The position numbers and the translations under genes are program-made. The notes beneath the pieces are model-generated. The model made no database searches. It worked only from the letters and a program-made list of their open reading frames with translations, and was not told the origin of the DNA. Positions 53,372-63,089 of a stretch of 64,000 nt of DNA are shown piece by piece (the stretch's first letter is position 1; each line of letters opens with the position of its first letter). The DNA is from an uncultured bacterium (lineage in GTDB: Bacteria; Fermentibacterota; Fermentibacteria; Fermentibacterales; JCC-6). The stretch spans positions 636 to 64,635 of the forward strand of contig CAZRXU010000002.1 in assembly GCA_964604135.1 (NCBI GenBank), written 5' to 3'.

Positions 53372-54273
53372 TATTTGACAAGGCACTGAAAGCCGCACCG
53401 AACCTGTTCAAGGTAATCAAACTTTCAGACTTCACAACATGGGGTATTGGCGGTTATGCTGCTTCCTGCACTGTAACATCGGAAAGGGAGCTTGCAGATG
53501 TGCTGGATTTGCTTAGAGAAAAATCACTTCCCTGGTCGGTTCTTGGTAAGGGTTCCAACACCCTGGCACCTTCGGCGGGTTGGCACGGTGTTGTTGTTTT
53601 TCTGAAGGGTATATTTACAGGGTTTTCTTTCAAGGGGAATGCGGTTGCCGCCGGTGGCGGTGCACACCTTCCCTCTGTGTCCGGGGCTGCCTGTTCTACC
53701 GATCATTCCGGTCTTGTTTTTGCCGTTGGCATTCCCGGTACCGTGGGCGGAGCTGTTTTTATGAACGCCGGTGCATACGGATCCAGTGTTTCCGAGCTTG
53801 TTGAAGAGGTAAAAGTGCTTCATCCAGACGGTACAATTGAGTATCTTACAGCCGAGGAATGCGGTTTCGGTTACAGAACAAGCCTGTTTCAGAAAAGCAA
53901 TACTGTTATTCTCGGTGCAACTCTTCGGCTTCAGAGGGTGGCTGGGGGTAGCGGTGGGCTTCGCCGGGAGGCCAGGGAGATTCTGCAGCTTAGAAGGCGG
54001 AAGTTTCCTCTTGGCGTTCCCAATGCTGGAAGTGTTTTTCGACGCCCTGATAATGGGCCGCCGCCGGGAAAGCTGATTGAAGACTGTGGGTTGAAGGGGT
54101 ACAGAACAGGGGGAGCAGTGGTCTCCAGAGTACATGCCAACTTTATCGAGAATACTGGCGGAGCCACAAGCTCCGATGTGATGCGACTCATTGAGCACAT
54201 AACTGAAAAAGTGAGAAAGACAACAGGAATAGTTCTACAGCGGGAAATCAGACAGCTGGGAGAACGGATTTGA
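53368..54273 (+). CDS. murB: UDP-N-acetylenolpyruvoylglucosamine reductase
   Basis: FTTWGIGG, LGKGSNTL, GIPGTVGGAVFMNAGAYG, FGYRTS and PNAGSVFRRP motifs. ATGA overlap with the upstream GT2. Confidence 0.85.
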   Translation: MIFDKALKAAPNLFKVIKLSDFTTWGIGGYAASCTVTSERELADVLDLLREKSLPWSVLGKGSNTLAPSAGWHGVVVFLKGIFTGFSFKGNAVAAGGGAHLPSVSGAACSTDHSGLVFAVGIPGTVGGAVFMNAGAYGSSVSELVEEVKVLHPDGTIEYLTAEECGFGYRTSLFQKSNTVILGATLRLQRVAGGSGGLRREAREILQLRRRKFPLGVPNAGSVFRRPDNGPPPGKLIEDCGLKGYRTGGAVVSRVHANFIENTGGATSSDVMRLIEHITEKVRKTTGIVLQREIRQLGERI

Positions 54274-55193
54274 GCAGAGAAGCAGGCGGATTTGTTCTGG
54301 ATGACGGCCCGATCCTTGTAACCGGGGCAGGAGGATTTGTTGGGCGGCGGCTTATGGATATGCTTCAGCTTGGGGAAGGCGATATTGCTGCAGACAGCAC
54401 TACAGATTTTTATGCTCCCTCTGGTGTGACAAGGATCAGGTGGAATCTGCCGGATCCGCCTTCTTCCTCCGTGGGTGAAGTGCGGTATGTGATCCATCTG
54501 GCTGGTTTGAGTTCGGTTGCTCATTCCATGTCTGATGCGGACAGAGTGATGAATGTTAACGCAGGAGGCACACAAAGTGTTGCACAGTGGGTGAAGGAGC
54601 ATTCTCCCGACGCTGTGTTCCTGCTGGCCAGTTCTGCGGAAGTTTATCGTCCGTCAGAAGACACACTGTTTGAGAATTCGCCTGTTGAGCCTGTGAGCCC
54701 ATATGGAGAAAGCAAACTCAAGGCAGAGAAACTGCTGGCTTCCACAGGTATACAGTATGTAATCTCGCGTTCATTTCCTCACTTCGGGCCTGGTCAGGCA
54801 GGTCACTTCGCTCTGCCTTCTTTCTGCAGGCGGATTATCTGTTCCGGGGAAAACAAGGAAATTGCTACCGGAAACCTTACTGCGGTAAGAGACTATCTCT
54901 ATATTGACGATGTGGTTGGGGCCTATGCGTGTCTGCTCGCGCAAGGTGTATCAGGTGAGGTGTACAATGTGTGTTCAGGAAAAGGTATTTCCATAGGAGA
55001 TCTTCTGTCTCTTATTATCGGTACTTCTGGAGCGGAATACCGTGTTGTTACAGATCCCGGTCTTCTTCGGGAGCAGGATCAGTTCCAGCAGGTCGGCAGC
55101 CCTGAAAAATTGAGGTCTCTGGGCTGGACGCAGAAGGTTCCGATAGAAAAAGGCCTGAAGAGGCTTTATCAATGGTGGGAGGAGAGATTGTGA
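54270..55193 (+). CDS. SDR-family NAD-dependent epimerase/reductase, GDP-4-keto-6-deoxy-D-mannose reductase (Rmd)-like
   Basis: ILVTGAGGFVGRRL, catalytic YGESKLKAE, and FPHFGPGQ....LPSFCRRI plus GNL.AVRDYLYIDDV resemble Rmd-type reductases. TTG start overlaps the murB stop. Confidence 0.6.
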   Translation: MSREAGGFVLDDGPILVTGAGGFVGRRLMDMLQLGEGDIAADSTTDFYAPSGVTRIRWNLPDPPSSSVGEVRYVIHLAGLSSVAHSMSDADRVMNVNAGGTQSVAQWVKEHSPDAVFLLASSAEVYRPSEDTLFENSPVEPVSPYGESKLKAEKLLASTGIQYVISRSFPHFGPGQAGHFALPSFCRRIICSGENKEIATGNLTAVRDYLYIDDVVGAYACLLAQGVSGEVYNVCSGKGISIGDLLSLIIGTSGAEYRVVTDPGLLREQDQFQQVGSPEKLRSLGWTQKVPIEKGLKRLYQWWEERL

Positions 55194-57343
55194 GTGTTTT
55201 CCTTGTTGCAGTTGTTCTGTTTGGAAGAATCACCGAATGGGAGCACTTCCCCCATTACGGAGGAGGAAATGGAATTGTTACCAGAGGAGAAGTTGTTCTT
55301 GCAGCTACTTCAGGAGGTCTTCTGTTTTCACACTACTCCACCGAAGATAACAACCTTGTCCCTGATTCAGGATGGACATCACCAGGAAAACTCTCGTATG
55401 ACCGTGTCTCTCATGTAACCTATGATGATTCCGGAAACCTCTGGGTATCCATGAACGGCGGCGGAATAGATGTGTTTTCGCCTGACGGTTCCAGAAAAAG
55501 TTTCAACCAGATTGACGGGCTTCCACTGAACCTGGGAATAAACCAGACCATGCCCGATTCTTTCACCTATGTTGCTACTACCCAAGGGCTTTGTATAAGA
55601 AAGGTTGGTTTTTTCGAGACCTTTAATTCCCTTTCAACAGGTGGAGGGCTTCCGTCGGACAACATTACCTGTCTTTCTGCTTCCGATTCCGGCCTTTACA
55701 TTGGAACAACTGCCGGGCTGGTGTTTCTTTCCCGGTCAGCAGATCCGCAGCAGGAAAGTTCATGGGTTTTACAGAATATCGATGCGGTTTCCGTTTCGGT
55801 AATGGAGTGGCAGAACGATACCCTGTGGGCGGCCACGGCCGCAGGGCTTTATTCAAAGGCTCCAGGCCAGTCATGGGTAAAGGATGTGCTGTTTCCCAGT
55901 GGGAATATTTCCTCTCTGGCATGGGGTTCGGGGGGGCTGGCGGCTGGGTGTACGAACCAGTGTTTCATCCTGAATGACGGTGAATGGCACCAGTACTCTA
56001 CCAATCTAGGTGGGAATGCTCTCACAGGTCTGGTATGGGAGGGAAGCCGGTTGTACGGTGTACTGGCCAACACCTACGCAGACAACAGGCTTTCCGGAGC
56101 CGGGCTGGCCCTTCTTCTGGAAAACGGTTCCTGGCGCAGAAGCGTTCCGAACTTCGGACCAGCTTCAAATGATCTTCGGGACTGTACCATTCTGCCTGAC
56201 GGCAGCGTGTGGGTTTCCAGCAACAGAGCCGGGGTTTCGGTTCTGGCAGAACAGAAATGGCAGCATCTGGGTCGCTACATGACTGACATTAACCAGAATT
56301 TTGCTATCTGCCCTTCCGGAGTAGGAGTATTTGTTTCCTCACTAGGACACGGTTTAGACTGGCTTTCCTGGCAGAATGGAACAGTAGACAAAACTATTCA
56401 CCTCACAGAAAACGATGGCCTTCTGAACAACAGAGTATTCTGTGCTGAACAAGGCGATGCGAATACTGTATGGTTTGGACACAGAACTCTGGAGGAAACG
56501 GAAACCAGCGGTGTATGCCGGCTGAAATGGGTACCTGGCGATTCAAGTTCCATATCATTTACAGATATTACGGGGGCAGACGGGCTTCCCAGCAAGGAAG
56601 TTAACGCTGTTCTACCGGAAGGAGACAGGTACTGCTGGGCTGGTACCGATGGAGGTCTCGCTTACATCGATATCTACATGCAGACCGTGAGGAAAACATA
56701 CACCGTGCAGGATGGTCTTCCGTCATCTCTTGTTACCTCTCTGGCAAAAGACCGATCTGGAACTGTTTACGTCGGTACAGCGTCGGGGCTTGCTTACTTG
56801 AACAACGGCACAGTTACAGAAGTTGAGCATATTGAAGTGGGAGTTACTGCCCTTGAATGTGATGGTTTGGGCAGCGTGTGGATATCTACCGGGGAAGGGT
56901 TGAAAAGGTATTTCAGAGCCTCGGGAGTTTTAGAAGAGTACACCACTTTCAATAGCCCTCTGGTAAAAGGAACAATCTACGATATAACAGCAGACGCAAA
57001 CCGTGGTAACCTCTGGCTGGCCACCGACCACGGTTTCTGGAGAGGCACACTTTGCAGCGGGCTGTCCGGTAACGGTTCCTCACCGATGGTTTACCCTGAC
57101 CCATTTATTCCCGGTCGCGGTGACATACTTGGGATAGCGGGTATCCCAGACACTGCCGCAGAGGTAAGTATTTATGATATTGCGGGAAATCTTGTTTACA
57201 GGTTCTCAGCCGCTGGTCGTGAAAGCATTGCATGGGATGGCTTAAACACCCGGGGGCAGCCTGCGGCTTCAGGAGTTTACTTTTTGCAACTGGAACAGGC
57301 GGGTACAGTATTCGATATGCTGAAGTTCGCTCTGGTGAGATAG
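55190..57343 (+). CDS. Secreted beta-propeller repeat protein with a FlgD-Ig/T9SS-like C-terminal domain
   Basis: GTG 55190 (GTGA overlap, GGAGG 7 nt upstream; the track ORF begins at 55172). Propeller-type repeats (GNLWVSMNGGG, DTLWAATAAGL, GSVWISTGEGL). C-terminus VYPDPF......VSIYDIAGNLV......W.G....G.PAASGVYFLQL...FALVR. Confidence 0.6.
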   Translation: MSVFLVAVVLFGRITEWEHFPHYGGGNGIVTRGEVVLAATSGGLLFSHYSTEDNNLVPDSGWTSPGKLSYDRVSHVTYDDSGNLWVSMNGGGIDVFSPDGSRKSFNQIDGLPLNLGINQTMPDSFTYVATTQGLCIRKVGFFETFNSLSTGGGLPSDNITCLSASDSGLYIGTTAGLVFLSRSADPQQESSWVLQNIDAVSVSVMEWQNDTLWAATAAGLYSKAPGQSWVKDVLFPSGNISSLAWGSGGLAAGCTNQCFILNDGEWHQYSTNLGGNALTGLVWEGSRLYGVLANTYADNRLSGAGLALLLENGSWRRSVPNFGPASNDLRDCTILPDGSVWVSSNRAGVSVLAEQKWQHLGRYMTDINQNFAICPSGVGVFVSSLGHGLDWLSWQNGTVDKTIHLTENDGLLNNRVFCAEQGDANTVWFGHRTLEETETSGVCRLKWVPGDSSSISFTDITGADGLPSKEVNAVLPEGDRYCWAGTDGGLAYIDIYMQTVRKTYTVQDGLPSSLVTSLAKDRSGTVYVGTASGLAYLNNGTVTEVEHIEVGVTALECDGLGSVWISTGEGLKRYFRASGVLEEYTTFNSPLVKGTIYDITADANRGNLWLATDHGFWRGTLCSGLSGNGSSPMVYPDPFIPGRGDILGIAGIPDTAAEVSIYDIAGNLVYRFSAAGRESIAWDGLNTRGQPAASGVYFLQLEQAGTVFDMLKFALVR

Positions 57344-57455
57344 GGTAATGTGACCAGCCTGAATAATGCTATATTTGAAGGAGAGAGATGCAGGTAACGA
57401 TAGTCTGTCTTACGGAAGCAGACACCTGTGCCGCGGAGATAAGAAAGGAAATCCG

Positions 57456-58484
57456 ATGAATCTTCTTGTTACCGGAGGTGCGGGTTTTATAGGAACTAAT
57501 TTTGTCAGGTTCATTGTGAAACACCGCCCCGGTTGGGCTGTTACTGTGCTTGATAAACTGACCTATGCCGGCAGAAAAGAGAACCTTTTAGAATTTGAGG
57601 GTTTACCCGGGTACAGGTTCATACAGGGAGATATATGCGATCCGGCGGCTGTACGCGAAGCAATGGCAGGCTGCAATGGTGTTGTTAATTTCGCGGCTGA
57701 AACCCATGTAGATCGTTCCATAGACGACCCTTCCTCTTTTGTAAAAACAGATGTTGAGGGGGTCAGGATTCTTCTGGAGGAATTCCGGAAAGACGATTCC
57801 AGAAAGATGTTTCTGCAGATATCCACAGATGAAGTGTATGGCAGCGTAGAGAGCGGCAGGTCCAAAGAGGGAGATCCGCTGTGTCCGAGAAGCCCGTATT
57901 CCGCATCGAAGGCCGGAGGAGAACTTCTGGCAATGAGCTACTTTACAACCTTCGGTGTCCCGGTTACAGTTACCCGGGCATCAAACAACTACGGTCCGTA
58001 CCAGTACCCTGAAAAGCTGATCCCTCTGTTTATTACCAATGCTTTTGAGAGAGAGAGGCTGCCTCTGTACGGTGACGGTGGAAACATGAGAGACTGGTTG
58101 TTTGTTGATGATCACTGCAGTGCTCTTGTTGCAGTGCTGGAGCGGGGAAGACCCGGGCAGATCTACAATGTGGGAGACGGGCAGGAATTGACAAACACAG
58201 AGGTTACAGCGGCGGTGATTGAGGCTACCGGTGCAGATCGATCTCTTATCAGGTATGTGGAAGACAGGCTGGGGCACGACAGACGGTACGCAGTGGATGT
58301 TTCAAAGCTGCAGCGGGAACTGGGCTGGAAACCTGAAATGGATTTTGCAACTGGTATTTCCGTTACTGTTAACTGGTACAGAGAGAACTCGCAGTGGTGG
58401 AAATCAATTAAATCAGGAGAGTTTCGCGAGTACTACAGGAAGATGTATTCAGAAAAACTTGATAACTCGGAAAGGATCCGATAA
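57456..58484 (+). CDS. rfbB: dTDP-glucose 4,6-dehydratase
   Basis: [40 protein letters not shown] and SPYSASKAG are hallmark motifs. AAAGGAA upstream. Confidence 0.9.
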   Translation: MNLLVTGGAGFIGTNFVRFIVKHRPGWAVTVLDKLTYAGRKENLLEFEGLPGYRFIQGDICDPAAVREAMAGCNGVVNFAAETHVDRSIDDPSSFVKTDVEGVRILLEEFRKDDSRKMFLQISTDEVYGSVESGRSKEGDPLCPRSPYSASKAGGELLAMSYFTTFGVPVTVTRASNNYGPYQYPEKLIPLFITNAFERERLPLYGDGGNMRDWLFVDDHCSALVAVLERGRPGQIYNVGDGQELTNTEVTAAVIEATGADRSLIRYVEDRLGHDRRYAVDVSKLQRELGWKPEMDFATGISVTVNWYRENSQWWKSIKSGEFREYYRKMYSEKLDNSERIR

Positions 58485-59417
58485 ATGAGAATACTGGTAA
58501 CCGGAGGAGCTGGTTTTATTGGAAGTCATCTCAGTGACAGGCTTCTTGAAAAGGGTCACTCTGTAATAGCTCTGGACAACCTGATAACCGGCAGCACCGA
58601 CAACATCGCTCATCTTGCAGGCAGACGCGATTTCAAGTTTATCAACCACGACGTAACAGAGTATATATACATTCCCGGAGATATAGATTTTATTTTTCAC
58701 ATGGCATCCCCAGCCAGCCCTATCGACTATCTGATGTACCCGATACAGACGCTGAAGGTTGGTGCACTGGGAACACACAAGGCTCTAGGTTTGGCGAAGG
58801 AAAAGAACGCAGGGCTTCTGCTCGCTTCAACCAGCGAGGTTTACGGCGATCCTCTTGTGCACCCTCAGTCGGAAAGCTACTGGGGAAATGTTAACCCTGT
58901 TGGCCCCAGAGGTGTGTACGATGAAGCAAAAAGATATGCTGAAGCACTTGTTTTCGCTTACCACAGAACACACGGTGTAGATACAAGAATTGCACGTATT
59001 TTCAATACATACGGGCCGCGCAACAGGGCGGATGACGGTCGAGTTGTTCCCTCTTTTGTGTGTCAGGCAATCAAAGATGAAGACCTTACGATTTTCGGTG
59101 ATGGTGCTCAGACAAGAAGTTTCTGTTTTGTATCAGATACTGTTAACGGGCTTATTGCCTTGATGGAAAGCGGTTATCACGAGCCGGTAAACATAGGTAA
59201 CCCCAACGAAATGACTGTGAAGCAGTTTGCCCTTGAAGTAATCAGGCTTTCGGGAAGTGCCAGTTCTCTTACTTACAATGACCTTCCAGTTGATGATCCC
59301 AAAGTAAGAAAGCCTGACATCGCAACGGCGGGCAGGGTGTTGAGCTGGAAACCGGAAATATCCCTCGAAGACGGGCTGAAACAAACCATAGAGTATTTCA
59401 GAGGAACGATTAAGTAA
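58485..59417 (+). CDS. UDP-glucuronate decarboxylase (UDP-xylose synthase)
   Basis: [30 protein letters not shown]...[46 protein letters not shown] and [11 protein letters not shown]. Confidence 0.9.
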   Translation: MRILVTGGAGFIGSHLSDRLLEKGHSVIALDNLITGSTDNIAHLAGRRDFKFINHDVTEYIYIPGDIDFIFHMASPASPIDYLMYPIQTLKVGALGTHKALGLAKEKNAGLLLASTSEVYGDPLVHPQSESYWGNVNPVGPRGVYDEAKRYAEALVFAYHRTHGVDTRIARIFNTYGPRNRADDGRVVPSFVCQAIKDEDLTIFGDGAQTRSFCFVSDTVNGLIALMESGYHEPVNIGNPNEMTVKQFALEVIRLSGSASSLTYNDLPVDDPKVRKPDIATAGRVLSWKPEISLEDGLKQTIEYFRGTIK

Positions 59418-60598
59418 TGCTTACAATTCTTTTTGTTCTTTTTGCTGTTCCTGGTGAGCTGCCGGAAGATGTTTCGTCTGCACCGGAGACACAGGCTTCT
59501 CAGTTTTCGATTTTCGAGCCTGTAGACAGGAATGAATACATTCTGGATGCCGGAGATGTTCTGCAGGTTGTTGTTGAAGGCGGCATCAGTGAAGTGATGA
59601 TGGTTTCCGGGCTTGGCTCTATAACCACATGTCAGGTTTCGGGGGACGGAAGAATACAGGTGTCCGGTATAGGCCAGCTCAGCGTTACAGGTCTTACAAT
59701 CAACCAGGCGGAGCAGGCTCTTAGGGCTCTTACCCGCAGGTACTACAGTCATGTGGAAGTTGGGCTTTCCCTTCTGCAGCCCAGAACTGTGAGAGTCTGG
59801 ATTACCGGTATGGTCACTCACCCGGGCAGGTACACGATGTACGCCATCAACAGGGTTAGTGATCTTGTAAGTGCCGCTGGAGGAATGTCTTCGTATTCTT
59901 CCAGAACAGGGTGGATGATTACTGAAACAGGAGATTCCGTGTTTGTTGATCTGCACTTCGATCCCCTCACCGGAAAGCCGGTTTGCGATCCGTTTGTCGA
60001 TGGTGGTGCCGGTGTTGTGTTCGAACTGCTGATCTCTCCCGTGTATGTGTTAAGACCGGGTATCAGAAATTACAACGATGCCTATGCAGTTCCTGAGGTT
60101 GAAACCTGGGATGCAGTTCCCGGTGAAACCGTGGAAGATCTGATGTACAGAATTGGCGGTATATCCGGCAACATCGATCTTGCAAGGAGCGTTCTGATAA
60201 CCCGTCGCGGTACTTCTCCTGTGTGGGTGAGAAACCAGGGTTTTTCTCTGACTCCAGTTGAGGCTGGTGATACTCTTCGGCTTGTGGTAGAGGGTAACGA
60301 CATCTATGTTGCAGGGGCTGTTCACCAGCGTGGTATTGTCTCATACATTCCCGGTGCAGTTGCCAGGGTTTATGTAGAAAGAGCCGGAGGAAAAGTTTAC
60401 AATGCCAATATCGGAGGCACTACGGTTACAAGAAATGGTGCTGTTCTTGCCTCGGGAGAAGAGGCGCTGGGAACAGAAGTTCTTCCAGGTGATGTTATAG
60501 AGGTTCCGTACAACTGGGTAGCCCAGCATGCACAGGAAATAGGCATACTGGCTACTGTTGTGGGAATTACCTCTGTGATTATCAACCTGTCGAGGTAG
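59417..60598 (+). CDS. Polysaccharide export protein (Wza/SLBB-like)
   Basis: Y.LDAGDVLQV.V motif near the N-terminus and repeated SLBB-like beta-grasp segments (GAV...G). TAATG overlap. C-terminal TM. Confidence 0.55.
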   Translation: MLTILFVLFAVPGELPEDVSSAPETQASQFSIFEPVDRNEYILDAGDVLQVVVEGGISEVMMVSGLGSITTCQVSGDGRIQVSGIGQLSVTGLTINQAEQALRALTRRYYSHVEVGLSLLQPRTVRVWITGMVTHPGRYTMYAINRVSDLVSAAGGMSSYSSRTGWMITETGDSVFVDLHFDPLTGKPVCDPFVDGGAGVVFELLISPVYVLRPGIRNYNDAYAVPEVETWDAVPGETVEDLMYRIGGISGNIDLARSVLITRRGTSPVWVRNQGFSLTPVEAGDTLRLVVEGNDIYVAGAVHQRGIVSYIPGAVARVYVERAGGKVYNANIGGTTVTRNGAVLASGEEALGTEVLPGDVIEVPYNWVAQHAQEIGILATVVGITSVIINLSR

Positions 60599-60604
60599 GT
60601 AGTG

Positions 60605-61834
60605 ATGTCAGATAAATCCATTTCAGAGAAGTTCGCAGGCAGAGTTGTGAAGCAGGTGGCAGCCAATGCCCGAAGTATTGTTGTCCTCTGCTTTTTTGTT
60701 GCGGTATTGTCTTCCATATGGGCACTGACCAGAACTCCAAGATGGAGCGCCTGGGCTGCAGCAATTGTTCCAGGATCCACCTCTTCCTCTCTGTCTGCCT
60801 CGGCAGGAGCACTGGGGTTGGGAGATGCAATGGGCATTATGGGCCAATTTGGTTCAGGAGTACTTCCCCAGCCTGCCGGAGTTGATATTACCCTTGCCAC
60901 TCAAATTCTGGGTTCCCGCAGAATACAGGAAAGAATTATTCTGAAGTACAACCTTATCAACAGGTACAGAGCCAACAGCATGGATAAGGCTACAAAGAAG
61001 TTTGGTGAGAGCTTTTCAGTTTCACTTTCCCCCGAGGGAGTAATATTTGTCACCGCTGAAGGCGGTTCCAGAACGGAAGCTGCCGCCATTGTGAATGACA
61101 TCGTAGATTTTGCCAATCAGGAGCTTTCGACCCTTGTAACCAGCAGAGCCAGAAGAAGTCGCATTCAAACAGAATATGCTCTATCCCTTGCTTTGGATTC
61201 ACTTGAAACATCAAGGGAAGCCATGGAGTCTTTCAGAGTTAGAACAGGTCTTATCTTTCCGGAACAGCAGGCCTCAAGCATGATGGATATCATGGCTTCC
61301 ATAGAGAGTGAAATGGTTTCCGCCGGTGCAGTGCTTCAGGGGCTTTCCGGAAACCTTTCATCGAGAAGCGCTATCTACAGTCAAGCAAATGCCCAGTACA
61401 GGTACCTGGAAGAAGCGCTGCGTGTAAGGTCTTCTTCAGGAGATTCTCTGAGCATTTTCCCGGTAATGGACAGTATGCCCGCCTATATGCGCGAGTACGA
61501 AAATCTAGTGGTTGATATTGAAACCAGAAGTGCCGTGTATTTGTTACTCAGGCAGGAGCTGGAAAACCTGCGTATTGAGGAATCCAAGGAAAGCCCCACA
61601 ATAGAAATAATCGTACCGCCGGCACCTGAATACCTCAGGGTGTATCCCAAAAGGGCAGTTATGGTGTTAACCCATGTTCTTATTGCCTTCATTCTTTCTA
61701 TAGTATGGATTGTTTTTCTTACGTGGTTCAGGTCTGTTCTTGACTCTCCGGAATCGGGTTCCTTTGTGAGGGGTATACTGGCAGATGTCAGAAACCAGTT
61801 CCGCAGGCAGGGGAATGGTACTGAAAAGAAGTAA
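60605..61834 (+). CDS. Polysaccharide co-polymerase / chain-length determinant (Wzz/GumC-like)
   Basis: Two terminal TM segments flank a long coiled-coil periplasmic region, and it sits next to the export protein. ATG 60605 has better SD spacing than GTG 60602. Confidence 0.6.
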   Translation: MSDKSISEKFAGRVVKQVAANARSIVVLCFFVAVLSSIWALTRTPRWSAWAAAIVPGSTSSSLSASAGALGLGDAMGIMGQFGSGVLPQPAGVDITLATQILGSRRIQERIILKYNLINRYRANSMDKATKKFGESFSVSLSPEGVIFVTAEGGSRTEAAAIVNDIVDFANQELSTLVTSRARRSRIQTEYALSLALDSLETSREAMESFRVRTGLIFPEQQASSMMDIMASIESEMVSAGAVLQGLSGNLSSRSAIYSQANAQYRYLEEALRVRSSSGDSLSIFPVMDSMPAYMREYENLVVDIETRSAVYLLLRQELENLRIEESKESPTIEIIVPPAPEYLRVYPKRAVMVLTHVLIAFILSIVWIVFLTWFRSVLDSPESGSFVRGILADVRNQFRRQGNGTEKK

Positions 61835-63089
61835 GATACTGAATCTGGGTTTTCCAGCGCTGGTAAGTCAGGGGTCACTTGCTCTGTGGGGTGTAATCTC
61901 TATACTTATCGCTAGGCGTCTGCCTGATAATGCCTACGCGGTGTATGCCCTTTCCCGTTCAATCGAACTGTTCGGCGGTCTGCTTGGCGGCGGCTTTGTG
62001 CTAAGTGCCCTTCTTAAACTGGGCAGTGAAAAAAGCAGCACACAGACATCTGCTACAGCCAATACAGCTATGCTGGTTACACTTGTTTTCAGTCTGGTTA
62101 CAGCTGCGATACTTTTGTTGTTTGGTGACTATATAGATTCTTTTTACCCGGAGATACAGCTATCAGGTATTCCGCCTGTTATTGCTCTTGTGGTTGTTAC
62201 CGGGGCACTGGCTCAGATTCCCAGAAACCTTCTTCTTACCAAGCTGAGTACCGTAAAGGTCATGAAAGCCGACATACTTTCTTTTCTCATCCGGGGCGGG
62301 ATAGTAGGATGGCTGATATACACTGGTGTTCTCACTGGAGCGGTTCAGGTTTTGAAAGCAACTGTTCTGGCGAACGCAGGAGCGTTCCTGTTCAATGCCT
62401 GGAATGCACGGAAACTTTTCGATCCGGCAGCCGGAGTGAACAGGGCTTCTTCAAAGCGTGTACTTCAGTTTGCAGCTTACTCGCTAGGCACCAGTTTTGC
62501 CGGCTTTATCTACACGAGAACAGACATTCTGATGCTGGGTAAACTGGCACCGCCTGAAGATGTGGCGGCATACAGTGCTTCAAGAGCCCTTACCTCTATG
62601 GTGGTTATGGTCTCGGCTGCAGCAAACATGATCCTTATGCCGGCTGTGTCCCGTGACTGGACCAGCGGTCTTAAAAAGTCTGTAATGAAGAGAGCCATGA
62701 AAGCTGTTGCTATTGTTGAGTTGATTCAGCTGCCTGTTGTTGTTGTTCTGGTGATCTTCCCCGTACAGATAATCAGTACGGTCTACCACGGCAGATATTC
62801 TGCGAACTGGCCCATCCTTGCAATTCTCGGAGGGCTTGCACTTGTAAGACCTTTTGGCAGTATCTTTTCCACAGTCAGCTCGGCAATGAACAAACCGCAG
62901 TATTCCTTCTGGTGTATTCTTCTATCGGCAGGAGTAAATGTTACACTCAACATCGTTCTGATACCGCGAATGGGTGGAGTTGGTGCTGCATGGGCCACTG
63001 TTGCTGCCGTTGTTTCCGGTGCCGTGGCTGTTGTTGTTCTTTCTGTTCTTCACTGGATGAAAGAAACAAAAGCAGAGCAGCACTTATGA
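61815..63089 (+). CDS. Second MOP-superfamily polysaccharide flippase
   Basis: About 12 TM segments. Start at ATG 61815 overlaps the previous gene by 20 nt. Confidence 0.65.
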   Translation: MVLKRSKILNLGFPALVSQGSLALWGVISILIARRLPDNAYAVYALSRSIELFGGLLGGGFVLSALLKLGSEKSSTQTSATANTAMLVTLVFSLVTAAILLLFGDYIDSFYPEIQLSGIPPVIALVVVTGALAQIPRNLLLTKLSTVKVMKADILSFLIRGGIVGWLIYTGVLTGAVQVLKATVLANAGAFLFNAWNARKLFDPAAGVNRASSKRVLQFAAYSLGTSFAGFIYTRTDILMLGKLAPPEDVAAYSASRALTSMVVMVSAAANMILMPAVSRDWTSGLKKSVMKRAMKAVAIVELIQLPVVVVLVIFPVQIISTVYHGRYSANWPILAILGGLALVRPFGSIFSTVSSAMNKPQYSFWCILLSAGVNVTLNIVLIPRMGGVGAAWATVAAVVSGAVAVVVLSVLHWMKETKAEQHL

